A stretch of DNA of 32,000 nucleotides from positions 14,471 to 46,470 of the forward strand of contig NZ_JBHYIQ010000063.1 of assembly GCF_042739895.1 (NCBI RefSeq), in the 5' to 3' direction. Each line of letters starts with the position of its first letter. Within the stretch, counting starts at the first letter, position 1. The stretch is from Amycolatopsis sp. NPDC059021. GTDB taxonomy: Bacteria > Actinomycetota > Actinomycetes > Mycobacteriales > Pseudonocardiaceae. Below the pieces are notes generated by a model, which was not told the origin of the DNA, did not search any database, and saw nothing but the letters and a program-made list of their open reading frames with translations. The translations under genes were made by a program, and so were the position numbers. Positions 1-9,578 of this stretch are shown here, one piece after another.

Positions 1-468
1 GCCGAGGACGTCATGGACGGGCGGGCCCCGACCACGCTGGTCGCCATCGAGGTCACGGTGGCCGAGCACGCGCGGGGCCGCGGGCTCGCCGCGGTCATGC
101 TCTCGGAGCTGAGGGCGCGGGCACGTGCCGCCGGGCTGTCACGACTTGTCGTCCCGGTGCGGCCGACCGGACTGGAGCAGCGACCGGATGAGTCCATTGT
201 GGACTACGTGACCCGGAAGCGTCCGGACGGCTCGTTCGCCGACCCGTGGTTGCGCACGCACGAACGGCTCGGCGCGCGGCTGATCGGCGTCGCGCCGTTC
301 GCGATGACGGTCACCGGCACGCTCGCGCAGTGGCGGGAGTGGACCGGCGTCGAATTTGTCGACGGGCTCAACACGGTCCCTGGCGGTCTCGCGCCCGTGC
401 TGGCTTCGGTGGCGCGCGACCTCGGCGTCTACGTCGAGCCGAACGTGTGGCTGGACCACCCGCTGTGA
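1..468 (+). CDS. GNAT-family N-acetyltransferase, 5'-truncated by the window edge
   Basis: The frame is open from nt 1 (AEDV precedes the listed Met at 13). It has an acetyl-CoA motif-A-like RGRGLAAVML and a stop at 466-468. Composition is typical high-GC coding. Confidence 0.55.
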   Translation, partial: AEDVMDGRAPTTLVAIEVTVAEHARGRGLAAVMLSELRARARAAGLSRLVVPVRPTGLEQRPDESIVDYVTRKRPDGSFADPWLRTHERLGARLIGVAPFAMTVTGTLAQWREWTGVEFVDGLNTVPGGLAPVLASVARDLGVYVEPNVWLDHPL

Positions 469-477
469 CACCCCGGC

Positions 478-1719
478 TCACCACCGGACGGGCAACGCGT
501 CGAGCTGCCACGTGCCCGGATTCGGTCCGTGCCGGAGTTCCTCCGGCTCGACCGCGAGCGCGAGTCCGGGATAGCGCCGGAACAACGCACCGAAGGCGAT
601 CTCGGCCTCTTGCCGGGCCAGCGCGGCGCCGAGGCAGTAGTGCGGTCCCGCGCCGAAGCCGACGTGGGTTTCCGCGCGCCCGGGATCGCGGGTGATGTCG
701 AGCCGCTCGGGGGTGGCGAATTCGCGCGGGTCGTAGTTGGCTCCGGCGAGCACCGGCATCACGGCCTCGCCGCGGCGGACCAGTTCGCCGCCGATCTCGA
801 CGTCTTCGGCGGCGTAGCGCATCCGGGTGCCCAGTCCGGGGCCGCACCAGCGCATCAGCTCGTGCACGGCCTTCGGCAGCAGGGCGGGGTCGGCGCGGAG
901 CAGGGCGAGCTGATCGGGATGGGTCAGCAGCGCGGCGGTGCCGTTGGCCAGCAGATGCGCGGTGGTCTCATGCCCGGCGACCACGAGGTTCTGCACCAGC
1001 GCGATCATCTCGACGTCGCTGAGCCGGTCGCCGTCCTCGGCCTGTGCGCGGACCAGTCCGGTGATCAGGTCGTCCGCGGGGTGGTGCCGCCGGAATTCGA
1101 GGAGAACCCGGACGTGATCCACCATTCCCGCCAGTGCCTCGGCCACTCCGGGCCCGAATCCCGCGGCCAGCGCGGCACTCCAGTCCCGCCACTGCGGCCG
1201 GTCCTTCTCGGGGATGCCGACCAGTTCGCAGATCACCGCGATCGGCAGCGGATAGGCGAAGTGGCGCAACAGATCGACGACGCCGTCCTCGGCTCGCCCG
1301 GGTAGCTCGTCCAGGAGGCGCTCGGTGAGTTCGGCGATCCGGGGACGCAGCTCGGTGACCCGTCGCACGGTGAACGCCCTGGTGACCAGCCCGCGCAGCC
1401 GGGCGTGCTCGGCGCCGTCGACCTCGCTGACTCCGGCCTTCAGGTAGACGAAGTGCTCTTCGGGGATCCCCGTGGCACGCCACAGCTGTTCCCGCAGGTC
1501 CACCGCGCCCGGCACGGCCGCGGCGGAGCTGACGAACCGCGGATCGCTCATGACGAGCTTGACGTCGTCGTACCGGGTGACCAGCCACATCGGCTCGATG
1601 CCGGGCACGACCGCCTTGGCCAGCGCCGCACGCTCCCGGATCCGCGAATACGCCGTGAACGGATCCCGCACGAGTTCGGCGTCGGTGAGGTCCACCATGC
1701 CTTCGGATGTCGTCATCAC
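478..1719 (-). CDS. cytochrome P450 monooxygenase
   Basis: 413 aa. Motifs present: I-helix AGHETT, ExxR (ELMR) and the heme-Cys loop FGAGPHYCLGAALA. Confidence 0.95.
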   Translation of the reverse strand: MMTTSEGMVDLTDAELVRDPFTAYSRIRERAALAKAVVPGIEPMWLVTRYDDVKLVMSDPRFVSSAAAVPGAVDLREQLWRATGIPEEHFVYLKAGVSEVDGAEHARLRGLVTRAFTVRRVTELRPRIAELTERLLDELPGRAEDGVVDLLRHFAYPLPIAVICELVGIPEKDRPQWRDWSAALAAGFGPGVAEALAGMVDHVRVLLEFRRHHPADDLITGLVRAQAEDGDRLSDVEMIALVQNLVVAGHETTAHLLANGTAALLTHPDQLALLRADPALLPKAVHELMRWCGPGLGTRMRYAAEDVEIGGELVRRGEAVMPVLAGANYDPREFATPERLDITRDPGRAETHVGFGAGPHYCLGAALARQEAEIAFGALFRRYPGLALAVEPEELRHGPNPGTWQLDALPVRW

Positions 1720-1836
1720 ATGTTCCTATCATCTGAATGTGATCCCATCCTGGCGTGCTCGTGAAAGGCCTGTCAACCGCCACGAATCCGGACCACGTGG
1801 TAATCCGAGTCGGCACCTGCTAACTTTTATTGGCAT

Positions 1837-2208
1837 GTGGGGGACGTCGTGGTGAGCGGCTCTTCGCCGACCGGCGACGAGCTCGTCCGGCTGCTCGGGA
1901 CGCTCGCGAATCCACACCGGCTGCGCATCGTCGCCGCGCTGCTCGCCGAACGCGCCTACGTCAGCGAGCTGGCGCGCGAGCTGCGGATCAGCCGCGCGCT
2001 CCTCCAGGTACACCTGCGCAAGCTGGAGGCGGCGGGGCTGGTGACGTCCAGTCTCGAGGTCTCGGCCGACGGCAAGGCCATGAAGTTCTACGAGGTCACG
2101 CCGTTTTCGGTCCAGCTCACCCCGCAGGCCGTCGCGGCGGCGGTACCGACACTGAGCACACCGGATTCCGTCCAGGGGGACGGCTCGGACGAGGGAGCAC
2201 GGTCATGA
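1837..2208 (+). CDS. ArsR-family winged-helix transcriptional regulator
   Basis: 123 aa. LANPHRLRIVAALLAERAYVSELARELRISRALLQVHLRKLEAAGLV is a typical ArsR/SmtB HTH. It is divergent from the P450 gene. The start is GTG 1837; GTG 1849/1852 are also possible. Confidence 0.75.
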   Translation: MGDVVVSGSSPTGDELVRLLGTLANPHRLRIVAALLAERAYVSELARELRISRALLQVHLRKLEAAGLVTSSLEVSADGKAMKFYEVTPFSVQLTPQAVAAAVPTLSTPDSVQGDGSDEGARS

Positions 2209-2453
2209 ACTGGCACCAGTGGCAGGAAATCATCGGCGTGACCGGGGTCTTCGTGCTGATCACCGTCGTGCTCACCGTCGCCATCGTGCAGCTGGCCTCG
2301 ACCTGGCGGGCCAAGGCGGCGCTGGCGCGCGAGCACGAGTACCGGGCACTGGCCGACCGGGCGACGCGGTCGCAGGAGGAGACCGAACGGCGTCTCGCGG
2401 ACGTCCAGGACCGGTTGCGCTCCATCGAGCGAGTCCTCAAGGAGGTCGAATAA
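2205..2453 (+). CDS. small single-pass membrane protein with a coiled-coil tail
   Basis: The ATG at 2205 overlaps the ArsR stop (ATGA at 2205-2208). There is one hydrophobic helix (IIGVTGVFVLITVVLTVAIVQL) followed by a charged helical tail. It lies in the frame of the listed ORF 1830..2453. Confidence 0.5.
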   Translation: MNWHQWQEIIGVTGVFVLITVVLTVAIVQLASTWRAKAALAREHEYRALADRATRSQEETERRLADVQDRLRSIERVLKEVE

Positions 2454-2475
2454 GACCGTCGGATAAGACCAAGGC

Positions 2476-2540
2476 CCTGGGCCGCCGAGCGGCAACTCGA
2501 CGGCCCAGGAGGAAGAAGCACCACCTCGCCCGAAGGCGAG
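2476..2540 (+). terminator. two stem-loops downstream of the ArsR operon (possible terminator or 5' leader of the MMPL gene)
   Basis: CCTGGGCCG (2476-2484) pairs with CGGCCCAGG (2501-2509). CTCGCC (2525-2530) pairs with GGCGAG (2535-2540) around a CGAA loop. There is no U-tract. Confidence 0.3.
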
Positions 2541-2580
2541 TCCTTACGCAGATCGCTCCTTCACGGAAGGACTTTAGTTC

Positions 2581-4761
2581 ATGCTGCCCACAGGCACCCC
2601 GGACCGGCGGGGGCCGGTGATCGAGCGGATCGCGGGCTGGTCGATCCGGCACCGCGCCGCGGTCCTCCTCGGCTGGCTCGCGCTCGTCGTGCTCGCACTG
2701 ACCGTCGGCTCGCTCGTCCCCGGTTCCAGTCTCCCCAGCTCCGACGCCGGGGAATCCGGTACGGCACAAGGGATTCTCCGCGCTCAGAACATCTACGAGC
2801 CACTGCTGGAAAACGTCCTCGTCCAACGACGTGAACAGCGCGACGACGTCGAACTCCGTTCGGCGACCGACGATCTCGTGCGCACCCTCCAGGCGTCGGG
2901 CGCGGTCACCGGTCTCCGTACGCCGGTCGACGCACCGGACGGCAGGTCGCGGCTGGTGACGTTCCAGATCACCGGCACCGACACGGAAATCCGTCCGCAT
3001 TTCACCGCGGCGAGCGCGGCCGTCGACGCCGTGGCCGCGCGGCATCCCGCGATCCTGGTGGCGCAGGCCGGGGATCTGAGCCTGAGCACCGTGGTGGACA
3101 AGAGCATCAAACAGGACATCAAGCGGTCCGAACTGATCTCGCTCCCGCTCACCGTGGTGATCCTGCTGTTCGTCTTCGGGTCGCTGATCGCCGCGTCGAT
3201 CCCGCTGCTGCTGACCGCGACCACGGTGGCCGCGACGTTCGGCTTTCTGTCCGCTGTGGACAAAGTGGTACCGATCAACAGCGCCACCACCGTGATGACG
3301 CTGCTCATCGGGACCGCGGTCGGAGTCGACTACTCATTGTTCTTCCTCCGCCGGGAACGCGAGGAACGCGCTGCCGGGCGCCCGGTCGACGACGCGATCC
3401 GGACCGCCGCCGGCACCTCGGGCCGGGTCGTGGTCGTCTCCGGGCTCACCGTCGCGTTGTGTGTGGCCGGGCTGGGTTTCACCGGGCTCGACCAGCTCCG
3501 CGGGTTCGCGATCAGCTCGATCCTGGTGGTCGGCCTGACCGTCGCCGCGTCGGTGACCGCGCTGCCCGCGCTGCTTTCGCTGCTCGGGCACTGGGTCGAC
3601 CGCGGCAGGCTGCCCTGGCTCGGCCGGCGCCGGACCACGGCCGATCATTCCCGGTTCTGGGCCAAGGTCGCCGAGGTCGTCACGCGGCGCCCGACGCTGT
3701 GGGGCGGGCTCGCCGTCGTGCTCCTCGCCGTCCTGGCGCTGCCTGCGAGCCGGATCCAGCTCCAGGCGCCGCTGGCCACGGAAAGCCTGCCGCGCAGCGT
3801 CCCGGTGATCGACGCCGCGGTACGCATGCAGGACGCCTTCCCTGGTGCGGCCATCCCCGCACACGTCGTCGTCTGGAACGAACGCGGCGGGCCGGTCGAC
3901 ACCCCGGCCGTGCGCAACGCCATCGGCGAACTCGGGGCGCGGACCGCGGGGCCGGTCGTGACGGTGTCCGTCGACCGGGCACTCGTCGTCCGGGTTCCCT
4001 TGGCGGGTAACGGTTCCCTGGCTTCCGACCAGGCACTGGGAACGCTGCGGGACCATGTGCTCCCGCAAACCCTGGGCAAGGTCGGCGGGGTCGGATTCGC
4101 CGTCGCGGGCAAGACCGCCATCGCACACGACTTCGCGGCGAAGGTGGCCGACCGGACACCCTACGTCTTCGGGTTCATCCTGCTGCTCGCGTTCGTCCTG
4201 CTATGGGCGGCGTTCCGCTCGATCGGCGTCGCGATCATGTCGATCGCGCTGAACCTGCTCTCGGTCGGCGCCGCGTACGGGGTGCTGACGTGGGTGTTCC
4301 AGGACGGGAATTTCGCGTCACTGCTGGGATTCACCCCGTACGGCGGCGTGCTCGACTGGCTCCCGGTGTTCCTGTTCGTGCTGTTGTTCGGGCTCAGCAT
4401 GGATTACCACATCTTCATCCTTAGCCGGATCCGCGAACGCTGGCTGTCCGGGATGAGCGCCCGCGACGCGATCATCGGCGGCACCGCCTCGGGGGCGGGC
4501 GTAGTCACCAGTGCGGCGGTGATCATGACCGGTGTCTTCAGCGTTTTCCTTACGCTGAGCGCGATCGAGTACAAGATGATCGGCCTCGGGATGGCGTTCG
4601 CGATCCTGCTCGACGCGACGCTGATCCGCGGGGTCCTGCTGCCCGCCGCGCTCACCGTGCTCGGGCGCCGGCTGGGGAAACCCGTCAGCCCAGCAGACCG
4701 GGACGCCGGTCCGCGAACCGTGTCGCCTGCTCGAAAGCGTGTCCGGCCCGTAGCACGCTGA
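2581..4761 (+). CDS. MMPL-family (RND superfamily) membrane transporter
   Basis: 726 aa with two repeated transmembrane bundles. Each bundle carries the conserved charged TM motif (GVDYSLFFLRRERE and LSMDYHIFILSRIRE), and each is followed by a soluble loop. Confidence 0.9.
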   Translation: MLPTGTPDRRGPVIERIAGWSIRHRAAVLLGWLALVVLALTVGSLVPGSSLPSSDAGESGTAQGILRAQNIYEPLLENVLVQRREQRDDVELRSATDDLVRTLQASGAVTGLRTPVDAPDGRSRLVTFQITGTDTEIRPHFTAASAAVDAVAARHPAILVAQAGDLSLSTVVDKSIKQDIKRSELISLPLTVVILLFVFGSLIAASIPLLLTATTVAATFGFLSAVDKVVPINSATTVMTLLIGTAVGVDYSLFFLRREREERAAGRPVDDAIRTAAGTSGRVVVVSGLTVALCVAGLGFTGLDQLRGFAISSILVVGLTVAASVTALPALLSLLGHWVDRGRLPWLGRRRTTADHSRFWAKVAEVVTRRPTLWGGLAVVLLAVLALPASRIQLQAPLATESLPRSVPVIDAAVRMQDAFPGAAIPAHVVVWNERGGPVDTPAVRNAIGELGARTAGPVVTVSVDRALVVRVPLAGNGSLASDQALGTLRDHVLPQTLGKVGGVGFAVAGKTAIAHDFAAKVADRTPYVFGFILLLAFVLLWAAFRSIGVAIMSIALNLLSVGAAYGVLTWVFQDGNFASLLGFTPYGGVLDWLPVFLFVLLFGLSMDYHIFILSRIRERWLSGMSARDAIIGGTASGAGVVTSAAVIMTGVFSVFLTLSAIEYKMIGLGMAFAILLDATLIRGVLLPAALTVLGRRLGKPVSPADRDAGPRTVSPARKRVRPVAR

Positions 4762-6094
4762 GTTCCGCGCGGTGCGCTCCGACGAGCTGCACGCCCACGG
4801 GAAGCCCGTCCGGGGTGAAGCCGGCAGGCACCGACAGCGCCGGGCTTCCCGTGGCGCTCACGAAGTACGCCGAGCTCATCCAGCCCAGATAGTCCTCCAT
4901 CGGCACGCCGTCGACCGACGCCGGGTACTCCAGCTCGGCGTCGAACGGCGGCACCTGGCTGACCGGCAGCAGCAGGACGTCGTACCGCTCGAAGAATTCC
5001 CGGGTGCGATGGAACAACGCGGTGTGCAGCACTTCGGCCCGCGCGATGTCCACACCGGACAGCCGGAGCCCTTCCCCCACGTTCTGCGCCAAGGTCGCCT
5101 TGAGCCGATCGCGGTGCTCCGCGTGGGTTTGCGCGAAACTCCACGCGCGCAAGGTGCGGAACACCTCGTCGGCGCCGGTGAAGTCGACACAGTCCCGTTC
5201 GACGTGGCAGCCGAGATCCTCGAAGGTCCGCGCAGCCCGCTCGACGACCGCGGCCACCGCCGGGTCGACCGGGAGACTGCCGCCGAGATCCGGCGACCAC
5301 GCCACGCGCAGCCCGCGCGGATCGGCCTCGAGTGGTTGCGCGAACACGGATCCCGGCGTTTCCAGCGACGTCGGATCCCGCGGATCGGGCCCTGCCATGA
5401 CCGACAGCAGCAGCGCCGCGTCGGCGACAGTGCGGGCCATCGGGCCCTTCACCGCCATCGTCGTCCACCCCATCGCGCGCGGCCAGTCCGGCACGCGACC
5501 GGGCGAGGGCCGGAAGCCGACGACGTTGCAGAACGACGCCGGGTTGCGCAGCGAACCGCCCATGTCGCTGCCGTCGGCGAGCGGGTGCATCCCGCAGGCG
5601 AGCGCGGCCGCCGCGCCGCCGCTGCTGCCGCCCGCGGACCGCGTGGGGTCGTAGGGATTGCGGGTCAGGCCGAAAACCGGGTTGAACGTGTGCGAGCCGG
5701 CGGCGAACTCGGGCACGTTCGTCTTGCCGATCGTGATGACCCCGGCCGCGCGCAGCCGTTCGACGAGCAGTTCGTCGCGCTCGGGCACGTAGTCGGCGAG
5801 CAGCGGCGAACCGTAGGTCGTGCGGATGCCCGCGGTCTCGTGACTGTCCTTGTGCGCCATGGGAATCCCGTGCAGCGGCCCGACGTCCTCGCCTGCCGCG
5901 AGCCGCTCGTCGGCCGCCGCGGCCGCACTGAGAGCGCTTTCGGCGGTGCGGGTGACGACGGCGTTGACCTGCGGGTTGACCTGCTCGATGCGGTCCAGGT
6001 GCGCCTGCGTGACCTCGCGCGCGGACACCTCCCGCGTCCGGAGCCGATCGGCGAGTTCACGAGCGGTCAGGGCGCAGATCTCGGATTCGGCCAC
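4685..6094 (-). CDS. amidase (amidase-signature family)
   Basis: 469 aa with the amidase-signature Gly/Ser-rich block GGSSGGAAAALA. Its convergent 3' end overlaps the MMPL gene by 77 nt. Confidence 0.9.
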   Translation of the reverse strand: MAESEICALTARELADRLRTREVSAREVTQAHLDRIEQVNPQVNAVVTRTAESALSAAAAADERLAAGEDVGPLHGIPMAHKDSHETAGIRTTYGSPLLADYVPERDELLVERLRAAGVITIGKTNVPEFAAGSHTFNPVFGLTRNPYDPTRSAGGSSGGAAAALACGMHPLADGSDMGGSLRNPASFCNVVGFRPSPGRVPDWPRAMGWTTMAVKGPMARTVADAALLLSVMAGPDPRDPTSLETPGSVFAQPLEADPRGLRVAWSPDLGGSLPVDPAVAAVVERAARTFEDLGCHVERDCVDFTGADEVFRTLRAWSFAQTHAEHRDRLKATLAQNVGEGLRLSGVDIARAEVLHTALFHRTREFFERYDVLLLPVSQVPPFDAELEYPASVDGVPMEDYLGWMSSAYFVSATGSPALSVPAGFTPDGLPVGVQLVGAHRAELSVLRAGHAFEQATRFADRRPGLLG

Positions 6095-6140
6095 CCGGCC
6101 ATCTGATCACCACGCCCCGGCTCACGGCAAGACCTCGGCG

Positions 6141-6608
6141 TCAGCAGCCGCAGGCGACGGCGGACACCGGCGCGGCCAGCGGGTCCGCGTCGGTCTTCCG
6201 CCGCCCGCCCGCGGAGTCCACCGGAAAGCCCTCGCGGACCCAGTACTCGTAACCGCCGATCATCTCCTTGACCCGGTAACCGAGCCGGGCGAAGGCGAGC
6301 GCGGCGCGGGTCGCGCCGTTGCAGCCGGGGCCCCAGCAGTAGGTGACCACGACGGCGTCGTGCGGGACGAGGTCGCGGGCGCGTTCGGCGATCCGCGCGG
6401 TCGGCAGGTGGAGGGCGCCGGGAATGTGCCCCTGGTCCCAGGATTCGACGCTGCGGGAGTCGACGACGACCAGGCCCGCGACGCGGGCTTCGAGGTCGGC
6501 GTGGACGTCGCTGACGTCGGCCTCGAACGCGAGGCGCCCCGCGAAGTGGGCGGCGGCCTCGGCCGGGGTGGCCGGTGAGGTGACGAGAACTGTGCTCATG
6601 GCGTTCAT
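6141..6608 (-). CDS. rhodanese-domain sulfurtransferase-like protein
   Basis: It has a rhodanese fold pattern (VVVDSRSVESWDQGHIPGALHLP) and a catalytic Cys loop (YCWGPGCNGATRAA). I start it at ATG 6608 (or 6599), because the listed N-terminal extension to 6713 is Arg-rich and overlaps the divergent gene. Confidence 0.8.
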   Translation of the reverse strand: MNAMSTVLVTSPATPAEAAAHFAGRLAFEADVSDVHADLEARVAGLVVVDSRSVESWDQGHIPGALHLPTARIAERARDLVPHDAVVVTYCWGPGCNGATRAALAFARLGYRVKEMIGGYEYWVREGFPVDSAGGRRKTDADPLAAPVSAVACGC

Positions 6609-6670
6609 CGTGCTGGGCGTGGCTCCGGGCGAACAGTGGCGTGAACGCCGCTGTTCGCTAAGATCCCGCC

Positions 6671-7648
6671 ATGCCCACGGTCTCGGTCCTGCTCTACGAC
6701 GGCATGTCCGCATTCGAACTGGGCATCGTCACCGAGGTCTTCGGCCTGCCCCGGCCGGAGTTCGACGTCGACTGGTACCGGCTGACGATCTGCTCCGCAC
6801 GTCCGGGCCCGGTGCGGGTCGTCGGCGGCGCCACGCTGCACGCCGACGGCGACCTCGACGCCTTCGCCTCGGCGACCACGGTCATCGTGCCCGGCGTCGG
6901 CGATATCCACGGCGACTGCCCGCCCGCGGTGATTTCCGCTCTACGCTTGGCTTTCCGGCGCGGCGCACGGATCGTGTCGATCTGCTCGGGCGCCTTCGCG
7001 CTAGCCGCGGCCGGACTGCTCGACGGCCGCCGCGCCGCGACACACTGGCAGTACGCCCCCGTCCTGGCACGCCGCTTCCCCCGCGTCGACGTCGACCCGG
7101 ACGTCCTCTACCTCGACGATGATCCGATCCTGACGAGCGCGGGCAGCGCCGCCGGTCTGGACCTATGCCTGCACCTGGTACGCAAGGACCACGGCCCCAC
7201 GATCGCCAACGCGGTCGCGCGCCGGCTGGTCGTCCCCGCGCACCGAGATGGTGGCCAGGCGCAGTTCATCGAATCGCCGGTGATCGCCGACGCGGACGAC
7301 AGCCGCGTCACCGCCAGCATGTCGTGGGCGCTCTCGAACCTCACGGAACCCATCACCGTCGAGACGCTCGCGCGCACCGCGAACATGTCCCCACGCAGCT
7401 ACCTCCGGCACTTCGCACGCAGCACCGGCACCAGCCCGATCCGCTGGCTCATCACCCAGCGCGTGCACGCAAGCCTGCCACTGCTGGAGAAGACCGCACT
7501 GCCGATCGACCACGTCGCCACGTCCGTCGGCTTCGACACAGCCGTGACCTACCGGCACCACTTCACGCGCACCATGCGCGTCACGCCGACGGCCTACCGC
7601 CGGAGCTTCGCCGTGTCAGGGGATGCCGGGCGACATCCCCTGACGTGA
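6671..7648 (+). CDS. GlxA-family transcriptional regulator (DJ-1/PfpI-like domain + AraC HTH)
   Basis: 325 aa. The N-terminal GATase1-like domain has the nucleophile elbow ICSGAFALAAAG. The C-terminal AraC-type double HTH reads ARTANMSPRSYLRHFARSTGTSPIRWL. Confidence 0.9.
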   Translation: MPTVSVLLYDGMSAFELGIVTEVFGLPRPEFDVDWYRLTICSARPGPVRVVGGATLHADGDLDAFASATTVIVPGVGDIHGDCPPAVISALRLAFRRGARIVSICSGAFALAAAGLLDGRRAATHWQYAPVLARRFPRVDVDPDVLYLDDDPILTSAGSAAGLDLCLHLVRKDHGPTIANAVARRLVVPAHRDGGQAQFIESPVIADADDSRVTASMSWALSNLTEPITVETLARTANMSPRSYLRHFARSTGTSPIRWLITQRVHASLPLLEKTALPIDHVATSVGFDTAVTYRHHFTRTMRVTPTAYRRSFAVSGDAGRHPLT

Positions 7649-7654
7649 CGTGAA

Positions 7655-8209
7655 TCAAGGCGCGTCGACGAGCACGCGCCCCGCGTCGGCGTTCTGCCGC
7701 ACCAGGCTTCCGGCGTAGTTCCGTTGCACCTGCGCGGCTTCCGCGGCGTTGGGTTTCGTGTTGGCGCAGCTGACGCCACCGGTGGACCCGGACATCAGCG
7801 ACGAGCACGGACCAGGCTTCCGGTCGGGCAACCCGAGGCTGTGGCCGAGCTCGTGCGAGGCGATCCGGACCTTGTTGTAGCCCTGCTGGACGGCTTCCCT
7901 GCCGTACCAGACGGTGACCTGGCCGCCGGGACGGACGGGCCCGAGCGTGGCCCGCGGCCACCCGGGATCCGCGACCACCCGGATGTTCGCGCGTTGCCCA
8001 GGAGACGCTTTCACGATGCGCACGTTGGTCACGCTGGTGTTCCAGACGTTGACGCCCTGCGCGACCACGTCCTTGAACTCCGCGGCCTGGCTGTCGTCAT
8101 AGGTGAGCGTCGTCGCGTTGATCTCGGCCGCGGCGGCGGTGGGCACCACGGTGACCGGCAACAACAGAGCAGCACCGGCCACCACGCCGGCGAATGTACG
8201 TCGAAGCAC
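7655..8209 (-). CDS. secreted snapalysin-type (M7) zinc metalloprotease
   Basis: 184 aa with an N-terminal signal peptide (AGVVAGAALLLPVTVVPTAAAA) and the HELGHSLGLPD zinc motif (HExxHxxGxxD). Confidence 0.85.
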   Translation of the reverse strand: MLRRTFAGVVAGAALLLPVTVVPTAAAAEINATTLTYDDSQAAEFKDVVAQGVNVWNTSVTNVRIVKASPGQRANIRVVADPGWPRATLGPVRPGGQVTVWYGREAVQQGYNKVRIASHELGHSLGLPDRKPGPCSSLMSGSTGGVSCANTKPNAAEAAQVQRNYAGSLVRQNADAGRVLVDAP

Positions 8210-8636
8210 GATTTACTCCTCGGGTCGGAGCGGAGCCTGTGTCGACATCAGGGACTCGTGCGGCAGCGGGCAACGCACTGTACGTGCCCCGCCAACCTCA
8301 CAGCGTGATGCTAGAACCGCCCACACCCATTCAAAACCCGCCATAAGTCGCGAAGAACAGCGGTGGCGCATGCGTCTCGCCAGACCCAAGGCTATGCCCC
8401 GGGCTCCTCGCCCGCGGTGCGGTGCTGACCCCAGGCGAACCAACCGTAGCGCCGCTCACCGAACCGGACGCGCGGGTACGACAAACGGCCTATCGCGCGG
8501 CGCACGTTCGTGTCGATGTTCAGGCTCGCCGGTTGCCTACGGCACACGGTACCTGCGAAGGTCGTCGAGCCAGTTCGCGAGCGAATTTGATCACTATTCG
8601 TTGATGTAAGTCGAGCGCGAGACACGGGGAGGGCAC

Positions 8637-9578
8637 GTGCGGGTCATGGCGGTCATGAACTACAAGGGCGGGGTAGGGAAAACAACCATCACCGCAAATC
8701 TCGGCGCGGTCGCCGCCAGTCGCGGCTTTCGTGTACTACTCATCGACCTCGACCCCCAGACCAATTTGACCTTCTCATTTTTCTCGGTCGATGAATGGCA
8801 GGACCGCCTCAAGGACAACTATACGATCCGGCAATGGTATGACGCCGAGGTGCCCGGACGAGACAGTTCACTGGCAGACCTTGTCACCACGCCGGAGCGG
8901 GTCAACAAAGTCCTCAAGAACACTGATGGAAAGCTCGACCTGATCTCCTCCCACCTCGGTCTCATCGACATAGACCTCGAACTCGCCGCGCGGCTGGGTG
9001 GGTCCACCACCCTCGACGGGTCGAAGCGAAAGTTCCTGGATCTGCATAGTTGTCTGCGACACGCGCTGGAGGACAGCCGCTTCAGCGGCTACGACCTGAC
9101 ACTCATCGACTGTGCACCGAATTTCGGCCTGGTCACCAAGACCGCTATCGCAGCCAGCGAGAAGATCCTCGTGCCGGCCAAAGCGGACTATCTGTCCACG
9201 TTGGGATTGGACTACCTGGCGGGAAATTGCGACACACTTGTGCAACAGTTCAACGCCTACGTCGACCACAAGCGCGACAATGGAAACTACCGGCCGATCG
9301 AGCCCAGCATCCTGGGCGTGGTCTTCACCATGGTTCAGATCTATTCGCAGCGAGTGACCGCCGCTCAGCATTCCTATATCGAGCAGGTAAGGCTGAATTC
9401 GCAGGTTCCCGTGCTGAACAGTACTGTCCGTAACAGTTCCCACTTCGGCGACTCTGGCGAGAATGGCGTACCGGCCATGCTGCGCGCTGCCGGCAAGGAC
9501 GACGTGGTCAGGGAGTTCGACCAGCTGGCCGACGAGGTTCTGGGTGCGCTCGCGCTGTCGCCGGGCGGCAGCCGATGA
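8637..9578 (+). CDS. ParA/Soj/MinD-superfamily ATPase
   Basis: 313 aa with the deviant Walker A KGGVGKTT (nt 8664-8687) plus LLIDLDPQ and LTLIDCAPN motifs. An SD-like GGGGAGGG sits at 8626-8633 before GTG 8637. The stop overlaps the next start (ATGA at 9575-9578). Confidence 0.9.
   Translation: MRVMAVMNYKGGVGKTTITANLGAVAASRGFRVLLIDLDPQTNLTFSFFSVDEWQDRLKDNYTIRQWYDAEVPGRDSSLADLVTTPERVNKVLKNTDGKLDLISSHLGLIDIDLELAARLGGSTTLDGSKRKFLDLHSCLRHALEDSRFSGYDLTLIDCAPNFGLVTKTAIAASEKILVPAKADYLSTLGLDYLAGNCDTLVQQFNAYVDHKRDNGNYRPIEPSILGVVFTMVQIYSQRVTAAQHSYIEQVRLNSQVPVLNSTVRNSSHFGDSGENGVPAMLRAAGKDDVVREFDQLADEVLGALALSPGGSR

Noticed and set aside
368-1816. Long alternative-frame and antisense ORFs overlapping the P450 gene (368..847, 529..1305, 968..1816). 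Similar ones occur elsewhere (4404..5468, 4772..6106, 27963..28910, 29650..31215, 30107..30781).
   Set aside because: Their translations are Arg/Pro/Gly/Ala-rich low-complexity sequence, typical of off-frame reading of high-GC coding DNA. Each is fully nested in or opposite a gene with clear family motifs.
4685-4761. A 77-nt convergent overlap between the MMPL and amidase 3' ends.
   Set aside because: It is likely just relaxed C-terminal tails in high-GC DNA. Neither tail carries conserved motifs and nothing suggests regulatory significance.
8213-8636. I searched the left island border for a direct repeat of the tRNA-Ala 3' end (attL) and for a third copy of the GGGGTCCGGGGC/TGGGGTTGCACC element.
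   Set aside because: I found neither by eye, so the left boundary stays approximate. A possible promoter (TTGATC ... TAAGTC around 8586-8611) has non-canonical spacing and was not annotated.
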